Source: Patescibacteria group bacterium (lineage in GTDB: Bacteria > Patescibacteriota > Kazan-3B-28 > UBA10110). Taken from it: DNA of 64,000 nt. The position numbers and the translations under genes are program-made. This document shows positions 1-10,843 of the stretch, piece after piece (positions within the stretch are counted from its first letter, which is position 1; the number at the start of each line of letters is the position of its first letter). The stretch covers positions 128,593 to 192,592 of the forward strand of contig JBAZXK010000002.1 in assembly GCA_041659905.1 (NCBI GenBank), in the 5' to 3' direction. The notes under the pieces are model-generated. The model saw only the letters and a list, made by a program, of their open reading frames with translations. It did not search any database and was not told the origin of the DNA.

Positions 1-576
1 ACCGAATTTCAGCGGAAATTTGGTATTAGTAAGCCGTATGTTTTATATGTAGGGCAATGGCGGCAACACAAAAACGTGGTGCGGCTGATCCGAGCTTTCC
101 ATCTTTTACGGCGAAGATACAACCTAGATTACCAGTTGGTTTTAGTAGGTAAAATTGATCAAAAATGTCCGGAAGTTCTCGCCACCATTAAACAATTAGA
201 TCTTAAGTCAGAAGTAATTCTGACTGGGTATGTGCCTGACGCAGATCTTCCTTATATTTATAATGGAGCCGATCTATTTGTTTTCCCTTCTCTCTATGAA
301 GGATTCGGCTTACCTCCCCTGGAAGCGATGGCCTGCGGGACACCAGTAGTAGCTTCGCGGGCTTCTTGTATGCCAGAGGTACTGGGAGAGGCGGCGCATT
401 ATTTTGATCCGGACAGCGTGGAAGATATGGTCAGAGCCATGGCAGAAGTGGCGAAGAATTATTCATTGAAACAGCAACTCCGGGCAGCCGGGTTTAAACA
501 GGTTAAAAAATATTCGTTTGATCAAATGGCAGTCGAAACCCTAAAAGTTTATCGCCGGGTTTTGGATCGTTTATAA
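1..576 (+). CDS. Glycosyltransferase family 4 (GT-B), 5'-partial
   Basis: FPSLYEGFGLPPLEAMACGTPVV motif; the frame is open back to the window edge. Confidence 0.9.
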   Translation, partial: TEFQRKFGISKPYVLYVGQWRQHKNVVRLIRAFHLLRRRYNLDYQLVLVGKIDQKCPEVLATIKQLDLKSEVILTGYVPDADLPYIYNGADLFVFPSLYEGFGLPPLEAMACGTPVVASRASCMPEVLGEAAHYFDPDSVEDMVRAMAEVAKNYSLKQQLRAAGFKQVKKYSFDQMAVETLKVYRRVLDRL

Positions 577-664
577 TCAGGAAGGACTGCGGTCGTTCTC
601 CTATCAAGAATAAGGCTATATAATACAAGATAAGATTTATTAACGTTAATTATTTATCAAAACC

Positions 665-2665
665 ATGGAATTTGTTAATAGTGTGTTGTGGTTAGCTTCC
701 CTGAGTGCAGTCGTAGCAATTTTGTATGCCAGCGGTTTAGCGTGGTGGGTCTTGCGTTTGCCGGCAGGGAGCGAACGCATGCAAGAAATTGCTGCCGCCA
801 TTCAACAAGGAGCTCGGGCTTTTCTTTCGCGTCAGTATCGGACTATTGCCCTGGTGGCAGTTCTTTTAGCGATATTAATTTGGTTTGCCTTAGGTTATAA
901 GTTGGCTATCGGATTTTTGGTCGGAGCCATCTTTTCTGGTTTAGCCGGATTTATCGGTATGCACGTTTCCGTTCGGGCAAATGTGCGGACAGCGCAAGCA
1001 GCTCACCAGGGACTCGCCGCCGCTTTGAACGTAGCATTCAAGGGCGGCTCGGTTACCGGGCTGTTTGTGGTGGGGTTGGCTTTACTTGCCGTTACCGTTT
1101 TTTATGCTATTTTCCGGGATGTGCCTGCCTTGGTGGGTCTAGGATTTGGCGGCAGTCTTATTTCTATTTTTGCCCGGCTAGGAGGCGGGATTTATACTAA
1201 AGCCGCTGATGTGGGAGCCGATCTAGTTGGCAAGGTTGAAGCGAATATCCCAGAAGACGATCCCCGCAACCCAGCCGTGATCGCTGATAACGTGGGAGAT
1301 AATGTGGGAGATTGTGCCGGTATGGCAGCAGATTTATTTGAAACGTATGCAGTAACTGCTATAGCGGCGATGATCTTAGGCGAACTTCTGTATGGGGTTA
1401 ATTCGGAATTGTCCATCTATCCCTTACTACTGGGGGCGATTGCGATTATTGCTTCAATTATCGGCACTTTGTGCGTGCGATTAGGCAAGAGTAAAAATAT
1501 TATGGGAGCGCTTTATCTAGGACTAAGCGTCAGCGGAATATTGGCGGCGATAGGATTCTATCTCACCAGCCAAAGAGTGGTTAGTTCTGAACTGACCTCT
1601 GCCAGCTTATTCTGGACGACGGTTGTCGGCTTGGTTGTGACGGCTTTGATCGTAGTGATTACAGAATATTACACTTCTACCAATTTTTCACCAGTTAGGC
1701 ATATTGCCGCCGCTTCTGAAACCGGCCCAGGCACTAATATTATTGCCGGGCTGGCTGTGGGAATGAAATCTGTCGCCCTGCCTGTATTAGTAATCGTGGC
1801 GGCTATTTGGGCAGCGTATGCTTTGGCTGGGTTGTACGGTATTGCCTTAGCGGCAATGTCGATGCTGTCGATGACCGGGATTATTGTGGCTATTGATGCT
1901 TACGGTCCGATTACGGATAACGCCGGAGGCATCGCCGAAATGGCCGAATTACCCGAGTCAGTCCGACAAGTCACTGATCCGCTGGACGCAGTTGGTAATA
2001 CCACTAAAGCCATTACGAAGGGGTATGCTATCGGTTCAGCCGGGTTAGCAGCGGTAGTTTTGTTCGCAGCTTATGCGGAAGAATTGCAGCAAGTGGCGGT
2101 GCAGGCTTATCAATTTAAGTTGGGCGATCCGAAAGTTTTAGTGGGGTTGTTTATTGGCGGATTATTGCCGTATCTATTTGCAGCTATCTCTATGGAAGCC
2201 GTGGGTAAAGCCGCCGGTAGCGTAGTGCGAGAAGTCCGGCGCCAGTTCAAAGAAATTGCTGGGTTGATGGAGAGAAAAGCTAAACCAGATTATGCGAAAG
2301 CGGTTGATATTGTAACGCAAGCGGCTATTCAGGAGATGTTGTTGCCGGCATTGATCCCGGTGATCACCCCTATTTTAGTCGGTGTGTTATTAGGTCCGGT
2401 GGCTTTAGGCGGCATGTTGGTTGGCAGTATTGTCACGGGTATCTTTGTGGCCATTTCTATGACTACAGGTGGAGCTGCTTGGGATAATGCTAAAAAATAT
2501 ATTGAATCGGGGCATCTGGGAGGTAAAGGTTCCGAGAGCCACAAAGCGGCTGTCACCGGAGACACCGTCGGCGATCCTTACAAAGATACCGCCGGTCCTG
2601 CCATTAACCCCATGATTAAAATAGTTAATATTGTAGCGCTGCTAATTATTAGACTGATTATTTAA
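665..2665 (+). CDS. hppA: Membrane pyrophosphatase (K+-independent H+-PPase type)
   Basis: [20 protein letters not shown] and [10 protein letters not shown] motifs; GNTTKA has Lys at the K+-dependence position. Confidence 0.95.
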   Translation: MEFVNSVLWLASLSAVVAILYASGLAWWVLRLPAGSERMQEIAAAIQQGARAFLSRQYRTIALVAVLLAILIWFALGYKLAIGFLVGAIFSGLAGFIGMHVSVRANVRTAQAAHQGLAAALNVAFKGGSVTGLFVVGLALLAVTVFYAIFRDVPALVGLGFGGSLISIFARLGGGIYTKAADVGADLVGKVEANIPEDDPRNPAVIADNVGDNVGDCAGMAADLFETYAVTAIAAMILGELLYGVNSELSIYPLLLGAIAIIASIIGTLCVRLGKSKNIMGALYLGLSVSGILAAIGFYLTSQRVVSSELTSASLFWTTVVGLVVTALIVVITEYYTSTNFSPVRHIAAASETGPGTNIIAGLAVGMKSVALPVLVIVAAIWAAYALAGLYGIALAAMSMLSMTGIIVAIDAYGPITDNAGGIAEMAELPESVRQVTDPLDAVGNTTKAITKGYAIGSAGLAAVVLFAAYAEELQQVAVQAYQFKLGDPKVLVGLFIGGLLPYLFAAISMEAVGKAAGSVVREVRRQFKEIAGLMERKAKPDYAKAVDIVTQAAIQEMLLPALIPVITPILVGVLLGPVALGGMLVGSIVTGIFVAISMTTGGAAWDNAKKYIESGHLGGKGSESHKAAVTGDTVGDPYKDTAGPAINPMIKIVNIVALLIIRLII

Positions 2666-2685
2666 TACTTTAATCAAACACTGGG

Positions 2686-2907
2686 GTGCAAACAGAACGG
2701 TTAGTGGACCACCAAATTACAGTAGAAGTAGTGAGCCAGGATGGTCGACTAATTATTAGGTTGCCGGATGGGCAACAGTTACCGTGGCCAGTTTCTGATC
2801 CAGAGATGCGTCCGGGTACTTACTATCTCACCCTATCTCCTCTGCCCACATTACCAACCAAGACAGAACTAGCCAAATTGGTATTGCAAGAAATCCTTAA
2901 AGTATAA
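2686..2907 (+). CDS. Small hypothetical protein
   Basis: 73-aa ORF filling the gap between hppA and the VanW gene; 2 nt from the next start. Confidence 0.6.
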   Translation: MQTERLVDHQITVEVVSQDGRLIIRLPDGQQLPWPVSDPEMRPGTYYLTLSPLPTLPTKTELAKLVLQEILKV

Positions 2908-2909
2908 AT

Positions 2910-4739
2910 ATGAAGCGATTGCATTCAACTAAACACACCACCGGCTGGCTGATTATTATTAGCTTAATTCTCTTGGCCACATTGTTTTATTGGGTGTGGG
3001 ACGTCGCTTATGCTGGTCGAGTTTTTCCAGGTGTTTTTGTGGGCGAGACACGGTTTGGCGGGCAAACGCTGGCAGTAGCTAATCAGACGGCTAAAAGTTT
3101 AGTGCAAAACGCGAGAAAACAAGAATTGGTTTTAGAAGCCATTGGATTTTCAGAAAGTTATCTCCCAGAAGAATTCGGAATAATTTGGGCTCCAGAAACC
3201 ATAGCGCAATCAACCATACAATTCGGCCGCAGCCGTTCAGTAGTAAACAATCTCTATCAGCGGCTGCGGGCGGCACTAGTCGGGGCTACCATCCCTGCCA
3301 TTTATCAAGAACAACTAGATAAAACTGATCAGATTATTACTAAGCTAAGACGAAAGATTGATCAGGCGGGAGTAGATAGTGAGGTGTTGATTGAGTCCGG
3401 CCAGGCCGTGACCAAACCAGCGGTAGTGGGAAAGCGTTTAGATGAAGTTGAGCTCGGAAGATTATTGCAGCAGCGCTGGCAGCGGTTAAACTTCTCAGCT
3501 CTGCCGCTTCCGATTAGCGAATCCTTGCCGGTGTTTGACGATGGATTGGCGAAAATGACGGCTGATAAAATTAACCAAAGCTTGGCTACCCCCTATACCT
3601 TGGTCCTAAAAGACCGGGAAATAATCTTATCCACAGATGATTTATGGAAATGGATCGAAGTGGTCAAGCAGAACAACTCGTTTCTAGTGCATTTGCGGCC
3701 GAACGATCTCGCTAAATATCTGCAAGACATGAAAACAAGTACCGATCAACCCGTTCAAGATGCTAGTTTAACTATTAAAGATAAAAAAGTTACTAAATTT
3801 CAACCGGATCAGCTAGGTATTAGCGTGCAAGTGGTAGCGACAGCTGCAATTATTCAAGCGAGTCTACTAACTGACCAACGCAAATTAGAGGTAGCAGCCA
3901 ACTATGTTAATCCAAAGGTGCGCTTGAGTGAATTAAACGATTTGGGTATCAACGAATTAGTGGCTCGCGGAGAATCTAATTTTGCCGGCAGTCCTAATAA
4001 CCGGCGGCATAACATTAAAACCGGAGCCGCCAAATTCGATAAAGTTTTAGTAGCCCCCGAAGAAAAATTTTCTTTTAATAAAACATTAGGAGAAGTTAGT
4101 GGCGCCACCGGCTATTTACCAGAGTTGGTGATCAAAGGTGACGCTACCACTCCCGAATTTGGCGGCGGCTTGTGCCAAGTTTCAACCACGGCTTTTAGGG
4201 CGGCATTGCAAGGAGGTTATCCGATTTTGGCACGGAAGAACCACAGCTACAGAGTATCTTATTACGAACCAGCCGGGACAGATGCCACAGTTTACCAACC
4301 TTATCCGGATATGCAATTTCTCAATGATAGCCAGGGTCACATTTTAATTCATACGCGCGTCGAAGGTGATAAGCTCTATTTTGATTTTTATGGCACCAAA
4401 ACCGGACAACGCGTTGAATTAGAAGGCCCGCGGATCTTTAATATTACGGAACCGCCCGCGCCAGTCTATATTGAAACCTCTACTTTGCCAGAGGGAAGCC
4501 AGAAAAAAATTGATACCGCGCATCGGGGGGCCGATACTGTGCTCTATCGGCACATCTATAATGAAAGTGGCAGAGAGATTCGCAAGGATACTTTCAAGAG
4601 CCATTATGTGCCGTGGCCGGCTAAATATTTAGTGGGCGCTAAAGCAGCCCCACCGGTAGAAACTAATTTAGGGAATGTGCCGCCAGAAACCACAGCTAAA
4701 GAAACTACTCCGGTGACTATTCCCCCTAACACCACCTAA
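2910..4739 (+). CDS. VanW-family protein with N-terminal TM and PG-binding-like region
   Basis: FSFNKTLG...GGGLCQVSTT...RKNHSY...GTDATV VanW signature. Confidence 0.9.
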   Translation: MKRLHSTKHTTGWLIIISLILLATLFYWVWDVAYAGRVFPGVFVGETRFGGQTLAVANQTAKSLVQNARKQELVLEAIGFSESYLPEEFGIIWAPETIAQSTIQFGRSRSVVNNLYQRLRAALVGATIPAIYQEQLDKTDQIITKLRRKIDQAGVDSEVLIESGQAVTKPAVVGKRLDEVELGRLLQQRWQRLNFSALPLPISESLPVFDDGLAKMTADKINQSLATPYTLVLKDREIILSTDDLWKWIEVVKQNNSFLVHLRPNDLAKYLQDMKTSTDQPVQDASLTIKDKKVTKFQPDQLGISVQVVATAAIIQASLLTDQRKLEVAANYVNPKVRLSELNDLGINELVARGESNFAGSPNNRRHNIKTGAAKFDKVLVAPEEKFSFNKTLGEVSGATGYLPELVIKGDATTPEFGGGLCQVSTTAFRAALQGGYPILARKNHSYRVSYYEPAGTDATVYQPYPDMQFLNDSQGHILIHTRVEGDKLYFDFYGTKTGQRVELEGPRIFNITEPPAPVYIETSTLPEGSQKKIDTAHRGADTVLYRHIYNESGREIRKDTFKSHYVPWPAKYLVGAKAAPPVETNLGNVPPETTAKETTPVTIPPNTT

Positions 4740-4740
4740 G

Positions 4741-5688
4741 ATGATCTATTGTTTATTTGGCAGTGATGAGTTTAGTGTGCGGGCCAGACTGCAAGCGCTA
4801 AGAGCGGAGGCAGAAAAAGCTACTCCCGGACTAGATTATTCATTTGTCGAAGCCAGTAAATGCAGTTTAGAAGAAATAGTTAATTTAATTGAAGCGCAAT
4901 CATTGATGGCAGCGCGAAAGTTTTTAGTGATCCAAAACTTGTTGGCGGACGGAGCGCCGGAAGTGCAGCAGTGGTTAACGCAGCGGCTAACTAAAATAGA
5001 CTCCGCAGACCCGACGGTCATAATTTTTATAGAAACCCAACCTCCAGCCAAAAAGAATCTTCTGGGCCAGCAGTTGGCGGCTTATCCGACAGAGCTCTAT
5101 GAACCGCTCAATTCCACTCAAACCAAACTTTGGCTGCAAAGCCAAACTAAGTTACGGGGATTGGCTCTCGATCCCCCGGTGGCTAACTATCTCCTAACTA
5201 ATTTTAGCGGCGATTTGCTTCGGCTAAGCAACGAACTGGATAAATTAGCTGCTTTTGCTGCGGGACAGAAAATTACCCTCATGATGACGCAAACATTGGC
5301 CGTTCCTTTGATTCATGATCATATTTTCCAAATGATTGATGCCCTGGCTCACAAAAAATTATCTTTAGCCAACCAGTTAATCAACACCCAGCTGGCTTTG
5401 GGCACAGCCGAACACGAACTCCTGGCCATGGTGGCTTATCAATTCCGCAATATTTTATTAGTACGGACATTAAGAGACCAAAAGCTGTCTCAGGCGCAAA
5501 TTGCTGCGCGGACAAAGCTACATCCGTTTGTGGTCCGCAAAAGCTGGGATTTTTCTGGAGATTTTTCCCTATCCCAACTGCAGAGGATCTTTTATTTACT
5601 GCAAAAGGTTGATGTAGCGATCAAGCAAAACCAAACTCCCCCACGGGTGGGGTTAGATATCCTGGCGGCGCAGATCGTTAGCTGTTAA
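4741..5688 (+). CDS. holA: DNA polymerase III delta subunit
   Basis: IYCLFGSD N-terminus, ELDKL and HPFVVRK motifs; next to rpsT. Confidence 0.9.
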   Translation: MIYCLFGSDEFSVRARLQALRAEAEKATPGLDYSFVEASKCSLEEIVNLIEAQSLMAARKFLVIQNLLADGAPEVQQWLTQRLTKIDSADPTVIIFIETQPPAKKNLLGQQLAAYPTELYEPLNSTQTKLWLQSQTKLRGLALDPPVANYLLTNFSGDLLRLSNELDKLAAFAAGQKITLMMTQTLAVPLIHDHIFQMIDALAHKKLSLANQLINTQLALGTAEHELLAMVAYQFRNILLVRTLRDQKLSQAQIAARTKLHPFVVRKSWDFSGDFSLSQLQRIFYLLQKVDVAIKQNQTPPRVGLDILAAQIVSC

Positions 5689-5927
5689 ACAGTCGTCTTA
5701 GCTTTTTTAGCCAGGCGTGATTTCAGGCGGGCAGCCTTGTTGGCGTGGATTAATTTGGCGCGCACAGCTTTATCCAGAGCTTTCTGGGCAGCCTTGAGGG
5801 AGGCAGTATTGGTATCCTGCCGGGCTGTTTTGACAGCCTTTTTGAAGGCCAGCTTGTAAACCAAATTATGAGCTCGTTTCCTGAGGTCAGACCGCATCTT
5901 CTTTTTGGCTGAATGAGTGATTGGCAT
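5685..5927 (-). CDS. rpsT: 30S ribosomal protein S20
   Basis: MPITHSAKK...LDKA...IHANKAARLKSRL. Confidence 0.95.
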   Translation of the reverse strand: MPITHSAKKKMRSDLRKRAHNLVYKLAFKKAVKTARQDTNTASLKAAQKALDKAVRAKLIHANKAARLKSRLAKKAKTTV

Positions 5928-5997
5928 AATGATTTATTTTTACCTTGCCATTCTAGGGCAAAACTTCGCTGTAGTAAATACTTTTTCCTTTTCTGGT

Positions 5998-6026
5998 TTG
6001 ACAGGGGTGGGGTTATTTACTATGAT
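5998..6026 (+). promoter_or_regulatory. Sigma70-type promoter of the DHH gene
   Basis: TTGACA-17nt-TATGAT. Confidence 0.7.
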
Positions 6027-6063
6027 AGCTTCTTATTATTCAGACTCCAAATAAATTTTTATT

Positions 6064-7350
6064 ATGGAACTTACCCCCAAACAACAAGCTCTCGAGCTAA
6101 TCAATAAATCCAAGAATATCCTACTAGCTACACACGACAAGCCAGATGGCGATGCCGTTGGGAGTACCTTGGCACTCTATTTGGTGTTAAATAAATTGGG
6201 TAAAAAGGCTACTGCCGTGGTCGTGGAGCCAGTCTCGGGGCGGTATCAGTTCTTGCCGAAGGTGGATGAGTTTACTCCCCATTTGGTCGCGCCGCGGGAT
6301 TTTGTGATTAGTTTAGATTGTGCCAATGCGCAAGCTGATAAGTTGGCGTACAATTTTCAAGACGGCAAACTGAATATTGTCATTACCCCTAAAGACGGCA
6401 ATTTTAATCCGCAAGATGTGAGTTTTGCCGAAGGCAATTTCCAGTTCGATTTAATTATCGTGTTGGATGCAGCCGATTGGGATCAGGTCGGACCGCTCTA
6501 TGCCAATAATGTAAAATTATTCCAAGGCGTCCCCGTGGTGAATATCGATCACCATTCCAGTAATGATTATTACGGAACCATCAATCTAGTTGATCTGACT
6601 GCTACCGCTACCGCCGAAGTCCTTGTCGGTTTAATTGAAGCTCTGGGGCCTTCGTTGGTGGACGAAGACGTGGCGACAGCCCTGCTTACCGGCATCATCA
6701 GCGATACCGGCAGTTTTCAGCATAGTAATACCACGCCGAAGTCTTTAACGATCGCGGCGCAAATGGTGGGCTTGGGGGCACGGCAGCAAGAGATTATCAA
6801 ATACCTCTTCAAGACCAAATCCCTCACTACGTTGAAATTATGGGGCAAAATCCTGTCCAACATCCGCTTAGACGAAGAGCATAAATTTAGTTGGAGCACA
6901 GTGCCTTTGACTTACTTTGACGAGACTGGAGCAGCTAAAGAAGAAACCACTGGAGTGATTGACGAATTAATGACTTCCGTGCCGGGAGCGGATGTGGTGG
7001 TTTTGCTGACCGAAAAGGAACCGCGAATAATTTCTGGCAGTATCCGAACCAAAAAAGGAGTGAATTCAGCTGAAATCGCTGCTCTCTTTGGCGGAGGAGG
7101 CCATCCGGGAGCCGCTGGTTTTAAGCTTTCCGATATCGAATTGGCCGCTGCTGAGGAAATCGTGACAGGTAAGAATCGGGAATACCAAGCCAGGAAGCCT
7201 AAATTGACCCCTGAGGAAGAAGATGCCATACTAGAACAACCTTCTCCTTCAGAAGTAGTGGAAGCCACAATTTCCCCAGAGGCAGTGCCAGAAGCGAATT
7301 TACCTCAGGAAATGGCTGTGGGAGCGGAAAATCTTGATCAAACAGAATAA
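6064..7350 (+). CDS. nrnA: DHH/DHHA1 phosphoesterase (NrnA-like oligoribonuclease/pAp phosphatase)
   Basis: PDGDAVGS, NIDHH, GIISDTGSF and GGGGHPGAAG motifs. Confidence 0.85.
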   Translation: MELTPKQQALELINKSKNILLATHDKPDGDAVGSTLALYLVLNKLGKKATAVVVEPVSGRYQFLPKVDEFTPHLVAPRDFVISLDCANAQADKLAYNFQDGKLNIVITPKDGNFNPQDVSFAEGNFQFDLIIVLDAADWDQVGPLYANNVKLFQGVPVVNIDHHSSNDYYGTINLVDLTATATAEVLVGLIEALGPSLVDEDVATALLTGIISDTGSFQHSNTTPKSLTIAAQMVGLGARQQEIIKYLFKTKSLTTLKLWGKILSNIRLDEEHKFSWSTVPLTYFDETGAAKEETTGVIDELMTSVPGADVVVLLTEKEPRIISGSIRTKKGVNSAEIAALFGGGGHPGAAGFKLSDIELAAAEEIVTGKNREYQARKPKLTPEEEDAILEQPSPSEVVEATISPEAVPEANLPQEMAVGAENLDQTE

Positions 7351-7371
7351 ATATGGTATAATAGAATAAGT

Positions 7372-7641
7372 ATGACATTACGTCCTGACAAAAAAAAGAA
7401 GATCATTGGCGCTTTCCAGGCGCACAAGAAAGACACCGGCTCCTCGGAGGTCCAAATCGCGCTGCTCACCGAAAAGGTGAAAGAGCTGACCAAACATCTG
7501 AAAGCCCATGCCAAAGATTTCCATTCTCGCCAAGGGCTATTTAAGATTGTCGGGAACCGCCGGAGACTGTTAAATTATTTAAAGAAATCTCATCCGAGAA
7601 AATATTCCGCGTTAATTAAAGAATTAAAAATTAGGAAGTAA
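7372..7641 (+). CDS. rpsO: 30S ribosomal protein S15
   Basis: DTGSSEVQIALLT...KDFHSRQGL...RRRLLNYL. Confidence 0.97.
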   Translation: MTLRPDKKKKIIGAFQAHKKDTGSSEVQIALLTEKVKELTKHLKAHAKDFHSRQGLFKIVGNRRRLLNYLKKSHPRKYSALIKELKIRK

Positions 7642-7751
7642 GGAGTTTTAGGATTGTCATAGAGCCTAGAGTTAAGTAAATTCCCAAAAATTTGTTTGAC
7701 TCTAAGCTTTATCTACTGCAATCCCCCGCTCTGCTCTTCTGGAAAGGACAA

Positions 7752-9857
7752 ATGGAAAAATTTGAGACTAAAGTTGGCGATGCCACTTTAACTATCGAGA
7801 CCGGGAAACTGGCATTGCTCGCTTCCGGTTCAGTCACTGTGCGCCTAGGCGATACCGTGCTTTTGGCATCAGCAGTCATCGCCAACAAACCCAAAGAGGG
7901 CGTCAGTTTCTTCCCTCTGCTGATCGATTTCGAAGAGAAAATGTATGCTTCGGGTAAAATTTCCGGAAGCAGATTTATTAAAAGAGAAGGCCGCGCTTCC
8001 GATAACGCTATTTTGACAGCGCGCTTAACCGATCGGCCGCTCCGTCCCCTCTTCGCTAAAGGCTTCTATAACGATGTCCAAGTAGTAATTACTGTTTTAT
8101 CTGCCGACTTAGTGCATGATCCGGATACCTTGTCTATTATTGGCGCTTCGGCAGCCTTAATGCTCACGGATGCGCCTTTTGCGGGTCCGGTCGGAGCCGT
8201 GCGCGTGGGGTTGATTAACGGCGAATTGGTCGTTAATCCTTCCTATGAGCAATTAGAAAAAGATAGCCAGTTAGACTTGGTTATTGCCGGAACGCGCGAC
8301 AAAATATTGATGATTGAAGCTGGAGCTAAAGAGGTAGACGAAGCGACTTTCGCGAAAGCTTTGCAGTTTGCTCATCAGGCTTTGCAACCAACTCTGGATA
8401 TTCAAGAGCAGCTAATGAAATTGCGAGACAAGTCAGCTAGTAAAGAATATAGCCTAATGCGGCCTACTCCGGAGTTAATGTCTGAAATGCGTGAATTTGT
8501 TGGCAGCCAAGCGAGTGAGGCTATTTATCAGGCAGACAAAATTCAGCGTGACGCATCCCTGCATGTATTAAGAGAAAAAGTTTGGCAAAAATTTGCCACA
8601 GAGGAACTCACAGAGTTAATCATGGCGGATGCGTTCGACCATCTTTTAGAAGAAGAGCTGCGGGCCAATATCTTGAAATCAGATAAACGGCCAGACGGAC
8701 GCAAATTAACCGAAATCCGTCCTCTCTCTTGTGAGGTTAGCGTATTGCCGCGCACACATGGGTCAGCTCTGTTTAATCGTGGTGAAACCCAAGCTCTGAC
8801 GTCCACCACCCTAGGCTCGGTAGCTGATGAACAAATGATTGATACGATGGATGCCAGTACAACCAAAAGGTACCTCCATCACTATAATTTTCCTCCCTAT
8901 GCTGTGGGTGAAGTTAGACCGATGCGGGGTCCGGGTCGGAGAGAAATCGGTCATGGCGCCTTAGCAGAAAAAGCTCTCCTCCCGATGATTCCTTCTAAAG
9001 AAGAATTTCCTTATACTATTCGGGTAGTTTCGGAAATATTAGGCAGTAATGGCAGTAGCTCGATGGCGGCCACTTGCGGCAGTACGCTAAGTTTGATGGA
9101 CGCCGGCGTTCCGATTAAAAAGCCGGTCGCCGGGATTGCCATGGGAGTAATTACGGACGATAAGGGTAAATTCAAAATTCTCACCGACATTGCCGGGATC
9201 GAAGATTTTAACGGCGACATGGACTTTAAGGTGGCCGGAACCCGTGACGGCATTACCGCCGTGCAATTAGATATGAAAGTGGCCGGTTTAGGTCTAGATA
9301 TTCTGGAGAAAGCGCTGGAACAAGCTTATCCTGCCCGGCAAGAGATTCTGGCAGTGATTAGTAAATGTCTGACCGGTCCGAGAAAAGAATTGTCTATCTA
9401 TGCTCCTCGTGTCGAGACAATTAAAATTAATCAAGACAAGATCCGCGACGTCATTGGCTCGGGCGGAAAGATTATTAATGGAATTATTGATCGTGCGGGT
9501 GGAAAAAATATCACCGAAATCAACATCGAAGACGATGGCACTATTTATGTTTCTTCTACTGATGCTAAATTAGCTGCCCAGGCGATCAAAGAAATCGAAA
9601 ATCTAACTCGGGAAGCCGAAGTCGGGGCACTCTACGAAGGAAAAGTTACCCGGATTATGGATTTCGGAGCTTTTGTAGAAATTTTCCCCGGTACAGAAGG
9701 ATTGGTCCATATTTCTCAACTAGCACCGGAACGAGTTAATAAAGTAACTGATATAGTAAAAGAAGGAGATATTATTCCCGTCATCGTTACGGAAATAGAT
9801 TCTCAAGGGCGAGTTAATTTGTCGCGGAAAGCGGCATTAAAACGCCAAGGAAAATAG
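7752..9857 (+). CDS. pnp: Polyribonucleotide nucleotidyltransferase (PNPase)
   Basis: ETGKLA, RREIGHGALA, SNGSSSMA and GDMDFKVAG motifs plus KH and S1 domains; ATG 7752 after AAGGA preferred over the TTG at 7692. Confidence 0.97.
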   Translation: MEKFETKVGDATLTIETGKLALLASGSVTVRLGDTVLLASAVIANKPKEGVSFFPLLIDFEEKMYASGKISGSRFIKREGRASDNAILTARLTDRPLRPLFAKGFYNDVQVVITVLSADLVHDPDTLSIIGASAALMLTDAPFAGPVGAVRVGLINGELVVNPSYEQLEKDSQLDLVIAGTRDKILMIEAGAKEVDEATFAKALQFAHQALQPTLDIQEQLMKLRDKSASKEYSLMRPTPELMSEMREFVGSQASEAIYQADKIQRDASLHVLREKVWQKFATEELTELIMADAFDHLLEEELRANILKSDKRPDGRKLTEIRPLSCEVSVLPRTHGSALFNRGETQALTSTTLGSVADEQMIDTMDASTTKRYLHHYNFPPYAVGEVRPMRGPGRREIGHGALAEKALLPMIPSKEEFPYTIRVVSEILGSNGSSSMAATCGSTLSLMDAGVPIKKPVAGIAMGVITDDKGKFKILTDIAGIEDFNGDMDFKVAGTRDGITAVQLDMKVAGLGLDILEKALEQAYPARQEILAVISKCLTGPRKELSIYAPRVETIKINQDKIRDVIGSGGKIINGIIDRAGGKNITEINIEDDGTIYVSSTDAKLAAQAIKEIENLTREAEVGALYEGKVTRIMDFGAFVEIFPGTEGLVHISQLAPERVNKVTDIVKEGDIIPVIVTEIDSQGRVNLSRKAALKRQGK

Positions 9858-9875
9858 TACTCTTTTAAATTCGTT

Positions 9876-10202
9876 ATGAAGTGCAGTGAATGTTCTCGTC
9901 GCAATCATGATGACAATCGCTTTTGTATCTTTTGCGGCACTGCTCTCGAGTCTAAACTCGCTACGCGAGAGACTCCCCAATCCATCAGTCGTCAAAAGGT
10001 GTTATTGCCACCCCAGGATATTGATGAGCTGATCAGTTATCGAGATACCTTGAGACGTCCGGCCGTTTCGATTTACCCGGCCGTAGTGGCAAGTTTGGCG
10101 ATTATTATAGTGGCAGCCGGAGCCTATTACTGGTTCTGGTACCGAGATGTTTTTGAAGTTATGGCAATTGATTATCAGTCTACTGAACTAATGGATGAGT
10201 GA
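9876..10202 (+). CDS. Zinc-ribbon membrane protein
   Basis: CSEC...FCIFCG N-terminus and one C-terminal TM helix. Confidence 0.75.
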   Translation: MKCSECSRRNHDDNRFCIFCGTALESKLATRETPQSISRQKVLLPPQDIDELISYRDTLRRPAVSIYPAVVASLAIIIVAAGAYYWFWYRDVFEVMAIDYQSTELMDE

Positions 10203-10833
10203 TAAATTAGCAGCTCTGCAAAAAATTATTTCTGACGTGAAATCCCACCAGTGTTCTTTACGGGCGGGTTGCCTGCAAGCTGTTCCGGGTGAGGGCAATC
10301 CCGACAGTCCTATCGTATTTATTGGCGAAGGACCCGGGAGAGTAGAAGACCAGGAGGGGCGCCCTTTTGTCGGTCCAGCTGGGCACGTTTTAGTCAAACT
10401 CCTAGCTAGTATCGGATTGAAACGAGAGGATGTTTACATTACTAATGTAGTAAAATGCCGCCCGCCGGGTAATCGCGATCCTCTCCCCGCCGAAGTAGAC
10501 GAACATCATATATTTTTGCAACAGGAATTGGATTTAATCCAACCTAAGTTAATTGTGCTATTGGGTCGGCATGCCCTGCATTGGTTTTTGCCGAATGAAC
10601 AGATTTCAAAAGCGCGAGGTAAAGCTAAACGACAGGGGCAATACGTTTATTTTCCGATTTATCATCCCGCTGCCACCTTGCATAATCCCAATCTCGCGCA
10701 GGATTTACAAAATGATTTCTTGAAAATCCCGGTTGTTCTCCAAAAAATAGCCGAATTGCCGGCTCCCGCCGCGGCCTCACCAACTGCCATCAATCCATCC
10801 CCTCAACCGCCTGCTCAACTCGCCATATTTTAA
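10195..10833 (+). CDS. Uracil-DNA glycosylase family 4
   Basis: GEGPG, GRPFVG, NVVKCRPP and YHPAA motifs. Confidence 0.92.
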   Translation: MSDKLAALQKIISDVKSHQCSLRAGCLQAVPGEGNPDSPIVFIGEGPGRVEDQEGRPFVGPAGHVLVKLLASIGLKREDVYITNVVKCRPPGNRDPLPAEVDEHHIFLQQELDLIQPKLIVLLGRHALHWFLPNEQISKARGKAKRQGQYVYFPIYHPAATLHNPNLAQDLQNDFLKIPVVLQKIAELPAPAAASPTAINPSPQPPAQLAIF

Positions 10834-10843
10834 TTAATCAATT

